From: Candidatus Eutrophovita brisbanensis
GTDB taxonomy: Bacteria; Pseudomonadota; Gammaproteobacteria; Burkholderiales; Eutrophovitaceae
Direction of reading: 5' to 3'
Length of the DNA stretch: 64,000 bases
NCBI GenBank assembly: GCA_038147395.1
Contig: JAYQTM010000001.1
Span: 1,885,508-1,949,507, forward strand
Positions 32,089 through 42,342 of this stretch are shown piece by piece. The notes under the pieces are model-generated. The model ran no database searches. It saw only the letters and a program-made list of their open reading frames with translations, and had not been told where the DNA came from. Both the position numbers and the translations under genes were made by a program. How positions within the stretch are numbered: the stretch's first letter is position 1; each line of letters starts with the position of its first letter.

Positions 32089-32173
32089 TGGTGCAGACGG
32101 CGAGAATCGAACTCGCACGACTTTCGTCACAGCCCCCTCAAGACTGCGTGTCTACCAATTCCACCACGTCTGC
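32089..32173 (-). tRNA. tRNA-Leu (anticodon GAG)
   Basis: Minus strand reads GCAGACGTGGTGGAATTGGTAGACACGCAGTCTTGAGGGGGCTGTGACGAAAGTCGTGCGAGTTCGATTCTCGCCGTCTGCACCA (85 nt). It has a 7-bp acceptor stem GCAGACG/CGTCTGC, anticodon loop TTGAGGG, a long variable arm, a TTCGATT T-loop and an encoded CCA. Confidence 0.92.
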
Positions 32174-32217
32174 ATCAATTCTTAATACTCTCTTAAACTG
32201 CGCGTCTTGCCGATCCC

Positions 32218-32559
32218 CTACTTGGGAATCTCATTCACTTTAGAGTCACTTGACTGCTCGACCGTTTCTGCCTCGGCACCAACTGGCGCCGTGATCGTCG
32301 CACCAGACATCACGCCGACAGAACGGGTGGCATCGAACTGAATGAAACTTAATCCAAGACTAGTCAGGAAGAAAATTGTCGCAAAAATCGCCGTCGCTCG
32401 GCTCAAAAAATTCGCTGATCCGCTCGCCCCGAACAAACTACCCGACGACCCACTGCCAAACGCCGCTCCCATATCAGCACCTTTGCCATGCTGCATGAGC
32501 ACAAGACCGATAACGCCTAGGGCTGCTATGACATGAATGATTAAAACTATAAAGTCCAT
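32218..32559 (-). CDS. secG: preprotein translocase subunit SecG
   Basis: 113 aa. Two TM segments with the G-rich loop GKGADMGAAFGSGSSGSLFGASG. Confidence 0.9.
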   Translation of the reverse strand: MDFIVLIIHVIAALGVIGLVLMQHGKGADMGAAFGSGSSGSLFGASGSANFLSRATAIFATIFFLTSLGLSFIQFDATRSVGVMSGATITAPVGAEAETVEQSSDSKVNEIPK

Positions 32560-32571
32560 AATATTTCGCTC

Positions 32572-33336
32572 TTAATTAACTGCCGCCGAAGCTGCACGAC
32601 AAATCGCTAAAAAATCCTCCGGGTTGAGAGAAGCGCCACCGATCAACCCGCCATCAATATCCTTTTGACCGAATAATGATTCCGCATTATCCGGTTTAAC
32701 ACTTCCGCCGTAGAGAATCCGCAGGGATTCCGCCACTGACGAGTCTTTTCGCTCAACCCTCTCTCGCAAAAATCGATGAACCGCCTGAGCCTCATCAGGT
32801 TTTGCAGTTAATCCTGTGCCAATCGCCCAAACTGGCTCGTAAGCGAGTACTGACCGACCAATGCCCGCCACACCGACGCATTCGATTGCTGCTTCGAGTT
32901 GCGCGCCGACAATCTCGAATGTTGAACCGGCTTCCCGCTCTTCTAACGTCTCGCCAACGCAGATTATTGGCTGGATATCAGCACTCAAGAGCGCTTTTGC
33001 TTTAAGTCCAACAAGCTCGCTCGATTCGCCATACAAACTTCTTCTCTCAGAATGCCCCACGATCGCGTAAGACACACCAAAATCAGTCAACATAGAGGCT
33101 GAAATCTCGCCAGTATAAGCCCCACCAGCATGTTCACTGACGTTCTGCGCACCCCATTTAACCCCAGAGCCTTCCAAAATTAATTGCGTTTGCCCAAGGT
33201 ATAGAAACGGTACACAGACACCAACGTCACAGGTTTCGCCCTCGACGCCACCGACCACACCACCCAAAAGGTCAGCGTTCGGTGTAAGAGAACCGTTCAT
33301 TTTCCAGTTCCCCACGACCAAAGGTGCTCTTCCCAT
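32572..33336 (-). CDS. tpiA: triose-phosphate isomerase
   Basis: [20 protein letters not shown] and [10 protein letters not shown] motifs. Start ATG 33336 (MGRAPLVV), or possibly TTG 33342. Confidence 0.93.
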   Translation of the reverse strand: MGRAPLVVGNWKMNGSLTPNADLLGGVVGGVEGETCDVGVCVPFLYLGQTQLILEGSGVKWGAQNVSEHAGGAYTGEISASMLTDFGVSYAIVGHSERRSLYGESSELVGLKAKALLSADIQPIICVGETLEEREAGSTFEIVGAQLEAAIECVGVAGIGRSVLAYEPVWAIGTGLTAKPDEAQAVHRFLRERVERKDSSVAESLRILYGGSVKPDNAESLFGQKDIDGGLIGGASLNPEDFLAICRAASAAVN

Positions 33337-34123
33337 AAACAACGCGTTGTAAAACCCGAGATTTTATAAACAACGCGTAAAACCGCCGGCGGGAGAATTT
33401 GTAGTCTTCAGTTTTTACTGCTGGTTTAATGAAAATAGTGGTTGTCTCGTTAAATTCAATCATTTCACCCAGATACATATATGCCGTGTAATTAGATACT
33501 CTGGCTGCCTGCTGCATGTTGTGAGTCACCATGGCAATCGTGTAATCCGTGGCTAACTCAACAACAAGCTCCTCGATCTTGGCAGTTGATATCGGGTCGA
33601 GAGCCGATGTAGGCTCATCAAGCAAAAGTACCTCAGGCTTAACAGCGATTCCTCGAGCAATACAGAGCCTTTGTTGCTGCCCCCCGGACAGGCTAAGACC
33701 GCTTTGCGTCAATTTGTCTTTAACTTCATCCCACAAGGCTGCTTTTCTCAAAGCCCACTCAACGCGCTCCTCCATGTCATAAGAGCTAAGTTTTTCGTAC
33801 AACCTGACCCCGAACGATACATTTTCGAAAATTGACATGGGAAACGGCGTCGGCTTCTGAAAAACCATCCCTATTTTGGCGCGTATTTGATTAATCACCT
33901 CTCCCTCAGCCCTGTGCCCAGGATACAAGTCAAACATTCTGTTCAACGTGCGAAGCAAGGTTGACTTACCGCACCCCGATGGGCCAATAAACGCTGTTAT
34001 TTTATTTTCAGGGATAGAGAGAGATACGTCTTTGAGGCCTTGAAAATCTCCGTAAAAAAAATTGAGATTTTTAATATCAAGTTTCGCAGACTCAATCGGC
34101 GTGATGGTGGCTGGATGTGTCAT
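33272..34123 (-). CDS. pstB: phosphate ABC transporter ATP-binding protein PstB, atypical and possibly degenerate
   Basis: Walker A GPSGCGKS, signature LSGGQQQR, Walker B LLLDEP and H-loop THNM are present. About 13 residues are missing between RAEGE and RAKIGMVFQ compared with E. coli PstB. The canonical C-terminus TEDYITGR(F/Y)G-stop is replaced by [12 protein letters not shown] plus a 34-residue readthrough that overlaps tpiA by about 65 nt. Confidence 0.7.
   Translation of the reverse strand: MTHPATITPIESAKLDIKNLNFFYGDFQGLKDVSLSIPENKITAFIGPSGCGKSTLLRTLNRMFDLYPGHRAEGEVINQIRAKIGMVFQKPTPFPMSIFENVSFGVRLYEKLSSYDMEERVEWALRKAALWDEVKDKLTQSGLSLSGGQQQRLCIARGIAVKPEVLLLDEPTSALDPISTAKIEELVVELATDYTIAMVTHNMQQAARVSNYTAYMYLGEMIEFNETTTIFIKPAVKTEDYKFSRRRFYALFIKSRVLQRVVYGKSTFGRGELENERFSYTER
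33335..33384. repeat. imperfect direct repeat at the pstB/tpiA boundary
   Basis: ATAAACAACGCGT-TGT-AAAACC at 33335-33356 and ATAAACAACGCGT-AAAACC at 33366-33384 (period 31 nt). The first copy starts exactly at the complement of the tpiA ATG. Confidence 0.85.
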
Positions 34124-34152
34124 TAGTTATGCAATGTTATCGTTTTGTAGGA

Positions 34153-34989
34153 CTAAATTTGTTTCTTTCTCGTCATAGATCTTGCGATGATGGATAAAAA
34201 CAGAACTGCAAAGGTGATGAGAAGCGCTCCTACCCAGGCTAGCGACTTCCAATCTTCAAATGGACTCATCGCAAACTGAAAGATGACTACAGGTAAATTT
34301 GCCATTGGAGAATCGAGATCGGATGTCCAAAATTGATTATTTAGCGCGGTAAATAGCAATGGGGCTGTCTCTCCACTGATACGAGCGATAGCTAGTAAAA
34401 CACCGGTGGTCACGCCCGCCTTAGCAGCCCGGAGGGTGACCATAAAGATGATTTTCCATTTTGGGGCCCCCAAAGCAGCTGCCGCCTCTCTTAGGCTATT
34501 TGGCACCAATAAGAGCATGTTATCTGTCGATCGCACGATCACTGGTATGGCAATCAATGTGAGCGCGAACGCACCCGCCCAGCCCGAAAAATGTTTCACG
34601 TTGGCGACGTAGATTGCGTAGATAAACAACCCGAGCACGATGGATGGTGCAGAGAGCAAAATATCATTCACAAATCGTGTTACCGGCGTTACCCAGCCCT
34701 TTTGCCCGTACTCAGCCAAATAAATGCCTGCCATCACACCAATTGGTATCGCGATAAAGATAGCAACTGAGACCATCAACAAGCTGCCAAAGATCGCATT
34801 CAATAAGCCTCCCGACTCGCCTGGAGGTGGAGTCATTTCAGTGAAAACCGCTATCGATATGCCATCGATCCCCTTAACAACTAAGGACGATAAGATCCAG
34901 AACAGAATTCCCAAACCAAGCACCATTGCGACCATGGATAGGATAAGTCCAACCTTGTTCGTGAGTAGCCTTTTTGTATATAGATCCAT
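34153..34989 (-). CDS. pstA: phosphate ABC transporter permease PstA
   Basis: 278 aa permease with [11 protein letters not shown] (EAA loop). Confidence 0.9.
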   Translation of the reverse strand: MDLYTKRLLTNKVGLILSMVAMVLGLGILFWILSSLVVKGIDGISIAVFTEMTPPPGESGGLLNAIFGSLLMVSVAIFIAIPIGVMAGIYLAEYGQKGWVTPVTRFVNDILLSAPSIVLGLFIYAIYVANVKHFSGWAGAFALTLIAIPVIVRSTDNMLLLVPNSLREAAAALGAPKWKIIFMVTLRAAKAGVTTGVLLAIARISGETAPLLFTALNNQFWTSDLDSPMANLPVVIFQFAMSPFEDWKSLAWVGALLITFAVLFLSIIARSMTRKKQI

Positions 34990-35003
34990 AACGCACCCGC
35001 CGT

Positions 35004-35963
35004 TTAGGCTCCCTCTTTCCTGGTGACTCGTAACAGGAATAGCTTCGCAACCGACAGCACTAGAAAAGTAATTCCAAACAAAATCAGCCCTAATGTGATG
35101 AGAGCCGACTCGTGTAGCCCGCTCCCAGCCTCAGCGAACTCATTCGCCAGAATGGACGCAATACTATTTCCAGGATTAAACAATCCCGTACTGAATTCGT
35201 AAGCGTTTCCAATCACAAAAGTCACAGCCATAGTCTCACCGAGAGCCCTGCCAAGACCGAGCATAATGCCGCCGACGACCCCCGACTTCGTATACGGAAG
35301 CACAACGTGCCTAACGACCTCCCACGTAGTTGATCCAAGGCCATACGCTGACTCCTTAAGGATGGCAGGTACAACATCAAACACATCTCGCATCACTGCA
35401 GCGATGAATGGGACCACCATGAATGCGAGTATTATTCCCGCCGTAAGAACGCCAATGCCCATTGGTGGGCCATCAAATAAGGGGCCAAAAATTGGAATCG
35501 GCAACAGCCATTCTTGAAGGTAGGGCTGAACATGATCTGCGAAAAATGGAGCAAATATAAACAGGCCCCACATGCCGTAAATAATACTTGGCACAGCGGC
35601 TAAAAGCTCAATCATGGTGCCGAGTGGAGTTTTGAGTCGCGCAGGACATAACTCCGTGAGAAAAATAGCAATTCCGAAACTTAATGGGATAGCAATCAGG
35701 AGAGCGATAGCCGAAGTTACCAGTGTCCCTAATATGGGATTAAGTCCTCCGTATTGATCCGTAACGGGGTTCCAGTCCGGGCTGACTAAAAATCCTGGCC
35801 CGAATTCACGAAAAACGGGGAGCGACCCAAGAATCAGGGAACCGATAATGGCTACAAGGATTCCGAGAACGGCGATAGCAAAGAAGCGAGCGGCGCTACC
35901 AAACAATATATCTTGCCGCCTGTTCCTTATTGTGATCTTGGATGCGTCGTTGGGGTTGAGCAT
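35004..35963 (-). CDS. pstC: phosphate ABC transporter permease PstC
   Basis: 319 aa permease with [16 protein letters not shown]-type loop. Confidence 0.9.
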   Translation of the reverse strand: MLNPNDASKITIRNRRQDILFGSAARFFAIAVLGILVAIIGSLILGSLPVFREFGPGFLVSPDWNPVTDQYGGLNPILGTLVTSAIALLIAIPLSFGIAIFLTELCPARLKTPLGTMIELLAAVPSIIYGMWGLFIFAPFFADHVQPYLQEWLLPIPIFGPLFDGPPMGIGVLTAGIILAFMVVPFIAAVMRDVFDVVPAILKESAYGLGSTTWEVVRHVVLPYTKSGVVGGIMLGLGRALGETMAVTFVIGNAYEFSTGLFNPGNSIASILANEFAEAGSGLHESALITLGLILFGITFLVLSVAKLFLLRVTRKEGA

Positions 35964-36034
35964 AGTATTTTGTAAGCCGCTATCTCCAAGTCTTTGAATG
36001 TTAAATCTTAGCCAACGCGTCCATTCTAAATGAA

Positions 36035-36058
36035 CTCTGGGCCCCTCAGGGCCCAGAG
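36035..36058 (-). other. intercistronic stem-loop between pstS and pstC
   Basis: CTCTGGGCCC-CTCA-GGGCCCAGAG. A perfect 10-bp GC-rich stem with a 4-nt loop and no strong T run after it on the coding strand. Confidence 0.7.
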
Positions 36059-36090
36059 CTATTCTATCTACATAAGGATGTTACTACGGT

Positions 36091-36897
36091 TTACCAAAGA
36101 GGACTTCCTGAGGCGTCTTTGATCTCACTAGCCCACTTACTTCGTATATTCTCGACCACATTCTCAGGCATCGCGACATACGACAATTCGTCAGCCATCG
36201 CCGCGCCGTTATCGAAAGCCCATGAATAAAATGTCAACGCGGCTTTGACGCGCTCCGGATTATCGGGTGCTTTATAAACGATAATGAACGACGCACCAGT
36301 AATTGGCCAACTTTGCTCACCGGGTTGGTCAGTCAAGATCACGTAGTAACCGTCCGCGCCCTCCCAATCAGCGTTCGCAGCAGCGGCAGCAAACGTCTCA
36401 GATGAGGGAGCAGCAAAAGTACCAGTTTTATTTTTCAGGAGAACGTGGTTAAGAGCATTTTTTTTGGCGTAGGCATACTCAACGTAGCCGATACCTCCTT
36501 TGATTCTCTGAATGTATGCGGCAACGCCTTCGTTACCCTTACCTCCAACACCTGTAGGCCAAGCTACCGCTTTCCCAACACCAACCTGCTCTGACCATGA
36601 CTGACTGACTTTCGCTAAATAGTCGGTAAACAAAAAAGTGGTTCCTGATCCATCTGCCCTGCGCACTACCGTAATTTTTTTATTTGGTAGCGTTATGCCT
36701 TCATTTAGGGCGGCGATTCTTGGGTCATTCCAGTTTTTGATCACCCCAAGAAATATGTCGGCTAACACTGGCCCATCTAATTTCAAATCACCGGGTTTAA
36801 AACCCTCCAAATTGACCACCGGCACTACTCCACCGATTATCGCTGGGAATTGCATCATGCCAAACTCATCCAGATCGGCTGGCTTCAGAGGAGCATT
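36091..36897 (-). pseudogene. pstS: phosphate-binding protein PstS, 5'-truncated (about 80 N-terminal codons, signal peptide and promoter absent)
   Basis: Similarity to E. coli PstS begins abruptly at (D)APL...FQFP.IGGVV and then runs collinear to the C-terminus (VVRRADGSGTTF, GIGYVEYAYA, WPITG). The ATG at 36918 used by the ORF track lies inside glmM-derived sequence. Confidence 0.8.
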
Positions 36898-37945
36898 GCA
36901 GCGCAGATACAATTCCATCCCCCGTCGTATGTTTATCGAGACAGAGTATGTGGCCCGACCCCTCCCCCCCGGTCACCCATTGCTTTTCGACTAGCTTTTC
37001 GTGGACGTAGCGATCTCCCACTGCCGAACGAACGAAATCGATGCCCAACGAATTGAGCGCATTCTCGATCGCAAGATTCGTCATTAGCGTTCCAACCACC
37101 CCTTTGCCGTCATGCGACTTGCTCCTCGCGATCACATAAAGAAGCTGATCGCCATCGAATAAGCGTCCATTCGAGTCGATCATCATCAAACGGTCTCCAT
37201 CACCATCAAAGGCGACACCAAAGTCAGCTTTTTCACTGAGCACGGTTTTAATCAACGCCTCAGGGTGCAACGCGCCACAATCCCGATTGATATTCATGCC
37301 ATCTGGCTCGGCACCAATCACGACTACCTCTGCTCCCAATTCGCGAAATACGGACGGTGCAACTTGGTACGTAGCTCCATGCGCGCAATCTAAGACTATT
37401 TTTTTTCCAGTCAAAGAAAGTGTGTCAGGAAACGTCTGCTTGCAAAATTCGACATATCGCCCAGATGCGTCAGTGACTCGGCGAGCCTTACCAGTGTCTT
37501 GTGAATAGGGAAGATCTGTAGATCGATCTAAAAAGCCCTCGATCTCGAGCTCAATAGCATCAGGTAACTTCTTGCCCTCACTCGAGAAAAACTTGATCCC
37601 ATTATCTTGATACGGATTATGTGACGCTGAGATCACGATGCCCGCGTTTAATCGTAGCGCCCGAGTGAGATAAGCCACGCCAGGGGTAGGAATTGGACCA
37701 GCTAACAAAATATCGGCCCCAGCAGCTGCGAGACCAGACTGTAAGGCCGACTCAAGCATGTACCCAGAGAGCCGAGTATCTTTGCCGATCAATACGGTTG
37801 CCTTGCCCTCCGGTTTACCACTACCCCCTTTAGCAGCGAACACTTTCCCTGCCGCAAAACCGAGCCTCACCATAAACTCCGGAGTAATGGGGTCCTTACC
37901 AACTACACCCCGAATTCCATCGGTTCCAAAAAATTTCTTGGCCAA
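36866..37945 (-). pseudogene. glmM: phosphoglucosamine mutase GlmM, 3'-truncated (about 85-90 C-terminal codons absent)
   Basis: N-terminus [13 protein letters not shown], active-site SASHNP and metal loop FDGDGDR are present. Family similarity ends at ...[11 protein letters not shown] and is followed by CSSEASRSG-stop, which is read from pstS-derived sequence. Length is 359 aa against about 445 aa. Confidence 0.8.
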
Positions 37946-37962
37946 AAAATCACCTCTTACAC

Positions 37963-38799
37963 TTACTTGTGCCGCTCAAGCTCTCTCCATATCAGCAGCG
38001 CATCTTTGGTTTCGTTGACGTCGTGTACGCGTATGATATCGGCTCCTCGAATCGCTGCAAGAACAGCGGACGAAATACTGGCGCCCAAACGGTCCTTTGG
38101 GTCCGTTTTACCCGTAATGTGCCCTAACATGGATTTCCTCGACAGCCCCACCAACACAGGTAACCCATCGACTCGTATTTTTTCGAGGTTATTAAGCAAA
38201 GTGAGGTTGTGGTCTATCGTTTTTCCGAACCCGAAACCTGGATCGATCACGATACTCTCTCGAGATACCCCCGCATCAATCAAGACATTAACTCTATTGG
38301 CAAGAAAACGCTGCACGTCCGCTACGACATCATCGTACGTTGGTGCATCCTGCATGTCCTTGGGGGCACCCTTCATGTGCATCACACACACACCGATATT
38401 CTTAGTGGCTATTAGTCTCGCGGTTTCCTGATTGGCGACCCCGGTAATGTCATTGATCATGCAGGCGCCCTGATCCGCGACCTCATGCATCAGGGCCAGT
38501 TTATTGGTATCAACCGATACAGGAATACCCATTTTCACGAGCTCAGTGAGCACCGGTAACACTCGCGACCTCTCTGTCTCTAGAGTCACAAGTTCCGCGC
38601 CTGGCCGTGTCGACTCCCCTCCGATATCAATCAGGTCGGCCCCCTGCGCTACAAGACGCTCGGCGAGGGCAATTGCTTTGGCGGGGTCAATAAAGTCACC
38701 CCCATCCGAAAAAGAGTCGGGGGTGATGTTCACCACCCCCATGATGAGAGGGCGATCTAGGTCAAACCGAAATTCGCCGCAGACCAGTTGACGGATCAC
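37963..38799 (-). CDS. folP: dihydropteroate synthase
   Basis: 278 aa. [24 protein letters not shown] and GLSRKS motifs. Confidence 0.93.
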   Translation of the reverse strand: MIRQLVCGEFRFDLDRPLIMGVVNITPDSFSDGGDFIDPAKAIALAERLVAQGADLIDIGGESTRPGAELVTLETERSRVLPVLTELVKMGIPVSVDTNKLALMHEVADQGACMINDITGVANQETARLIATKNIGVCVMHMKGAPKDMQDAPTYDDVVADVQRFLANRVNVLIDAGVSRESIVIDPGFGFGKTIDHNLTLLNNLEKIRVDGLPVLVGLSRKSMLGHITGKTDPKDRLGASISSAVLAAIRGADIIRVHDVNETKDALLIWRELERHK

Positions 38800-38846
38800 C
38801 AGTGCCTCTAGGCTATGGCGAGGATATCAATCTGGCGAAAACAAGG

Positions 38847-40739
38847 TTACGACTCCTCGGCAGGCCGAATCGTTGGCTCTGGGCTAGGCGTATCGGACGG
38901 CGGCTTTGGCTCACTGGAAGACTGGCTGGGCTTAGGTGGTCTCGGTGGTTTGCCGTCCATGATATCGTTCACCTGATCCGCATCGATGGTTTCCCAATCG
39001 AGTAACGCGGTAGCCATCGCTTCAACTTTATCTCGATTATCCTCAAGTAGCTTCCGCGCCAGGCCGTAGCGCTCATCAATAATTTTCCGAATCTCTGCGT
39101 CAACCTGCTGCATCGTTGCCTCGGATAGATTCTTTTGTGTCGTGACCGATCGACCTAGGAAGACCTCGCCCTCATTCTCACCATAGACCATCGTACCAAG
39201 CTCAGAGCTCATCCCCCACTGGGTGACCATTTTTCTTGCCATATCGGTCGCGCGTTCAAAATCGTTTGAAGCACCCGTGGTCATCTGGTCCATAAAGAGC
39301 TCCTCCGCAATCCTCCCTCCGAACAAGACAGAGATGTTTTGCAAAATCTGTTCTTTGTCCATACTGTAACGATCTTCCTGGGGAAGCTGCATCGTGACGC
39401 CTAGCGCACGCCCCCTCGGGATGATCGTGACCTTGTGAACTGGATCAGTTTTTGAAAGCAGCTTCGCAACCACCGCGTGACCAGACTCATGGTAAGCAGT
39501 ATTCTTCCGTTCATGCTCTGGCATCACCATAGAGCGCCGTTCCGCACCCATCATGATCTTATCTTTGGCTCGCTCAAAATCGTCCATATCAACAAGACGT
39601 TTACTCGCTCGAGCAGCAAACAGCGCCGCCTCATTGACCAAATTCGCAAGATCGGCACCCGAGAACCCAGGAGTTCCCCGCGCAAGAATATCGGCCTTCA
39701 CATCAGGACCAACAGGGACCTTTCGCATGTGCACCATCAATATCTGCTCACGGCCTCGGATATCTGGAAGTGGGACCACAACCTGTCGATCAAAACGTCC
39801 AGGGCGTAACAAAGCCGGGTCTAACACATCGGGGCGGTTCGTCGCCGCAATCACAATCACCCCGGATCCTGTCTCAAATCCATCCATCTCGACGAGCAAC
39901 TGGTTAAGAGTCTGCTCTCTCTCGTCGTTTCCGCCCCCAAGACCCGCACCTCGCTGTCGGCCAACCGCGTCAATTTCGTCGATAAATACAATGCAGGGAG
40001 AGTGCTTTTTAGCATTCTCGAACATGTCACGCACCCGCGCCGCGCCAACACCCACAAACATCTCAACGAAGTCCGAACCTGAAATCGAGAAAAAAGGCAC
40101 CTTCGCTTCACCGGCAATCGCTTTAGCCAAGAGAGTTTTACCCGTTCCTGGCGAGCCAACCATCAAAACGCCTCGAGGAATCCTGCCACCAAGCTTTTGG
40201 AATTTTCCAGGATCTCTTAAAAAGTCGACTAGCTCAGAGACTTCCTCTTTTGCCTCTTCGCAACCGGCTACGTCCGCAAACGTGACACCGTTATTGGTGT
40301 CATCAAGCATTCTCGCTTTACTCTTGCCAAATGAAAAAGCACCACCACGGCCACCACCTTGCATTTGTCTCATGAAGAAGATCCACACGCCAATCAATAG
40401 AAGCATGGGGAACCATGAGACGAAGATATTCATAAGCAGCGAGGGTTCTTCCTCAGGTTTGGCCTCAACGACAACACCTGCCTTTAATAAATCTGACACG
40501 AGCCACGGATCGGAAGGAGAATAGACGGTATAGCGCTGACCATCAGATTTTTGAACGCTCAAATTACGCCCGTCAATTGTGACACCTGCAACACCACCCG
40601 TATTCACATCTTGAATGAAACGTGAATAAGGTACAGAACTTTGTTGCTGGTGCCTTGCGCTGAACTGGTTAAACACCGTCATCAGCACAAGAGCGATAAC
40701 TAACCAGACTGCAATATTCTTAACCGTATTATTCAACAC
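38847..40739 (-). CDS. ftsH: ATP-dependent zinc metalloprotease FtsH
   Basis: 630 aa. Walker [12 protein letters not shown] region and HESGHA zinc motif. Confidence 0.97.
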   Translation of the reverse strand: MLNNTVKNIAVWLVIALVLMTVFNQFSARHQQQSSVPYSRFIQDVNTGGVAGVTIDGRNLSVQKSDGQRYTVYSPSDPWLVSDLLKAGVVVEAKPEEEPSLLMNIFVSWFPMLLLIGVWIFFMRQMQGGGRGGAFSFGKSKARMLDDTNNGVTFADVAGCEEAKEEVSELVDFLRDPGKFQKLGGRIPRGVLMVGSPGTGKTLLAKAIAGEAKVPFFSISGSDFVEMFVGVGAARVRDMFENAKKHSPCIVFIDEIDAVGRQRGAGLGGGNDEREQTLNQLLVEMDGFETGSGVIVIAATNRPDVLDPALLRPGRFDRQVVVPLPDIRGREQILMVHMRKVPVGPDVKADILARGTPGFSGADLANLVNEAALFAARASKRLVDMDDFERAKDKIMMGAERRSMVMPEHERKNTAYHESGHAVVAKLLSKTDPVHKVTIIPRGRALGVTMQLPQEDRYSMDKEQILQNISVLFGGRIAEELFMDQMTTGASNDFERATDMARKMVTQWGMSSELGTMVYGENEGEVFLGRSVTTQKNLSEATMQQVDAEIRKIIDERYGLARKLLEDNRDKVEAMATALLDWETIDADQVNDIMDGKPPRPPKPSQSSSEPKPPSDTPSPEPTIRPAEES

Positions 40740-40816
40740 TAACTCCTAATCGATGCATCAAACTGACTTAACTAGCCTGTATTTTAGACCTTTTCTCAAC
40801 ACACTTAAGGCAACGC

Positions 40817-41431
40817 TTACTTGATTTTGTTCAAACCAACTAAAAAAAACTCACTTGAGCGATCTCTAGAAGCTTTCGGTTTGAAACGTTGTGTGCGTTT
40901 GAAATATTGCTGCACTTGAGATTTGAATTCATCGGACCCCACGCCCTCAAAACACTTCACAACCAAATGACCATCCACCTTCATGTGACTGACAGCAAAA
41001 TCCAGCGCCAACTCGGCTAGGTTCAGCCACCTTGATTGATCAAGCACCTTAACACCACTTATATTGGGGGCCATGTCCGAAATAACAAGGTCGGCTAAAC
41101 GGCCACCCAATGCACCGGTTAGCTGCTCTTCGACACCGGAGTCCTGAAAATCACCTTGTATGAACGTAACCCCGGGCAATGGAGCCATCTCAAGTAAATC
41201 CAAAGCCACGACAACCCCATCCCCTCCGAGTTCTCGGGTAATGACTTGGCTCCACCCACCAGGAGCAGCACCAAGATCAACGACCACGCTTCCTCTGGAG
41301 ACGAGTGAATATTTTTGAATGATTTCGATTAACTTGAATGAAGCTCTCGATCGCCAACCGTCACTCTGCGCACGCTTCACGAACTCGTCCGACACGTGCT
41401 CTTGCATCCAAGTTTTTCTCGACTTTGCCAT
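40817..41431 (-). CDS. rlmE: 23S rRNA (uridine2552-2'-O)-methyltransferase RlmE (FtsJ)
   Basis: 204 aa. WRSRASFKL and DLGAAPGGWSQ SAM motif. Lies upstream of ftsH, as in many proteobacteria. Confidence 0.92.
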   Translation of the reverse strand: MAKSRKTWMQEHVSDEFVKRAQSDGWRSRASFKLIEIIQKYSLVSRGSVVVDLGAAPGGWSQVITRELGGDGVVVALDLLEMAPLPGVTFIQGDFQDSGVEEQLTGALGGRLADLVISDMAPNISGVKVLDQSRWLNLAELALDFAVSHMKVDGHLVVKCFEGVGSDEFKSQVQQYFKRTQRFKPKASRDRSSEFFLVGLNKIK

Positions 41432-41501
41432 GTTTAAAGAAAATGAATCTGTAGTTTCCGATTACAATACCCTGCTCTCACTTAACCAACTTCGCGAACA
41501 G

Positions 41502-41780
41502 ATGGACAACAAAACAAAAAAAGCTCTCAAAGCACGCGCCCACCATCTGAATCCAGTTGTCATAGTAGGTGATAAAGGCCTCAGCAAAGCTGTGCTTAAA
41601 GAAATAGATGTCGCTCTTAAAGCACACGAGCTAATCAAGATTAAACTACAAAGTGATGATCGAGAGGAGCGACGAGCGATGGGGGTAGAAATCTGCGACA
41701 AGCTTGCTGCGCACCCGATTGGCTCGATCGGAAAGATTGTCGTGATCTATCGTGAACACATCGAACCTGACTCCGAATAA
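41502..41780 (+). CDS. yhbY: ribosome assembly RNA-binding protein YhbY (CRM domain)
   Basis: From ATG 41502 (MDNKTKKALKARAHHLNPVVIVGDKGLS...HELIKIKL) it is collinear with E. coli YhbY. The longer ORF start at 41319 overlaps rlmE. Confidence 0.85.
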   Translation: MDNKTKKALKARAHHLNPVVIVGDKGLSKAVLKEIDVALKAHELIKIKLQSDDREERRAMGVEICDKLAAHPIGSIGKIVVIYREHIEPDSE

Positions 41781-41822
41781 CGACAACGCACAGACCCCCA
41801 GGCGATATTTTCGCAATCGAGC

Positions 41823-42296
41823 TTAGATATACCTCACACCAAGAATTTCGTACTCCCTGATCCCGCCTGGCGCATCCACCTCGGCAATATCACCCTCGAC
41901 TTTTCCAATTAGGGCCCGAGCTATCGGTGAACTCACAGAGATTTTTCCCTCTTTAATGTCAGCCTCATCGTCCCCAACGATTTGATAGGTGACCTCTTTA
42001 TCCGATTCTAAATCACATAAATCGACAGTAGCGCCGAAAACACATCTTCCATCGGCATCAAGAGTCTTGGGATCAATGATCTGGGCGTTCGATAACTTCG
42101 ACTCCAACTCCATGATTCGACCCTCGATAAACCCCTGGCGCTCTTTCGCGGCGTCATACTCTGCGTTCTCCGAAAGATCACCGTGTGCTCTTGCTTCTTG
42201 TATCGCCGCAATAACAGATGGCCGCTCTTCGGTCTTGAGCGAATGAAGCTCTTGCCGAAGTTGCTCTGCCCCCACCACTGTCAATGGAATTTTCAT
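41823..42296 (-). CDS. greA: transcription elongation factor GreA
   Basis: 157 aa. [18 protein letters not shown] motif. Confidence 0.95.
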   Translation of the reverse strand: MKIPLTVVGAEQLRQELHSLKTEERPSVIAAIQEARAHGDLSENAEYDAAKERQGFIEGRIMELESKLSNAQIIDPKTLDADGRCVFGATVDLCDLESDKEVTYQIVGDDEADIKEGKISVSSPIARALIGKVEGDIAEVDAPGGIREYEILGVRYI

Positions 42297-42342
42297 CGTT
42301 GATATCCCCTACTTGGATAAGCCTTCACGAACACTCGTAAAA

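Noticed and set aside
33337-36895. The idea that the pstS'-pstC-pstA-pstB block is a foreign insertion into a glmM-tpiA-secG locus (the adjacency seen in gammaproteobacteria)
   Set aside because: The rest of the window follows betaproteobacterial synteny, in which glmM-pstSCAB is, as I recall, the native order. The missing 3' end of glmM does not reappear on the other side of the block, and there are no mobility genes or target-site duplications. In-situ deletions or an assembly problem explain it better.
39553-40524. 323-aa ORF on the plus strand, antisense to ftsH
   Set aside because: It lies entirely within the strongly conserved ftsH coding region. Its product is low-complexity and rich in Ser, Pro, Arg and Thr, with no motifs. 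This is a typical shadow ORF opposite a highly constrained gene.
41432-41501. Possible sigma32 promoter for rlmE-ftsH, which is a heat-shock operon in E. coli
   Set aside because: No CTTGAA / CCCCAT-type pair is present. There is only a moderate sigma70-like TTGGTT-17-TGTAAT, which I do not consider strong enough to list as a feature.
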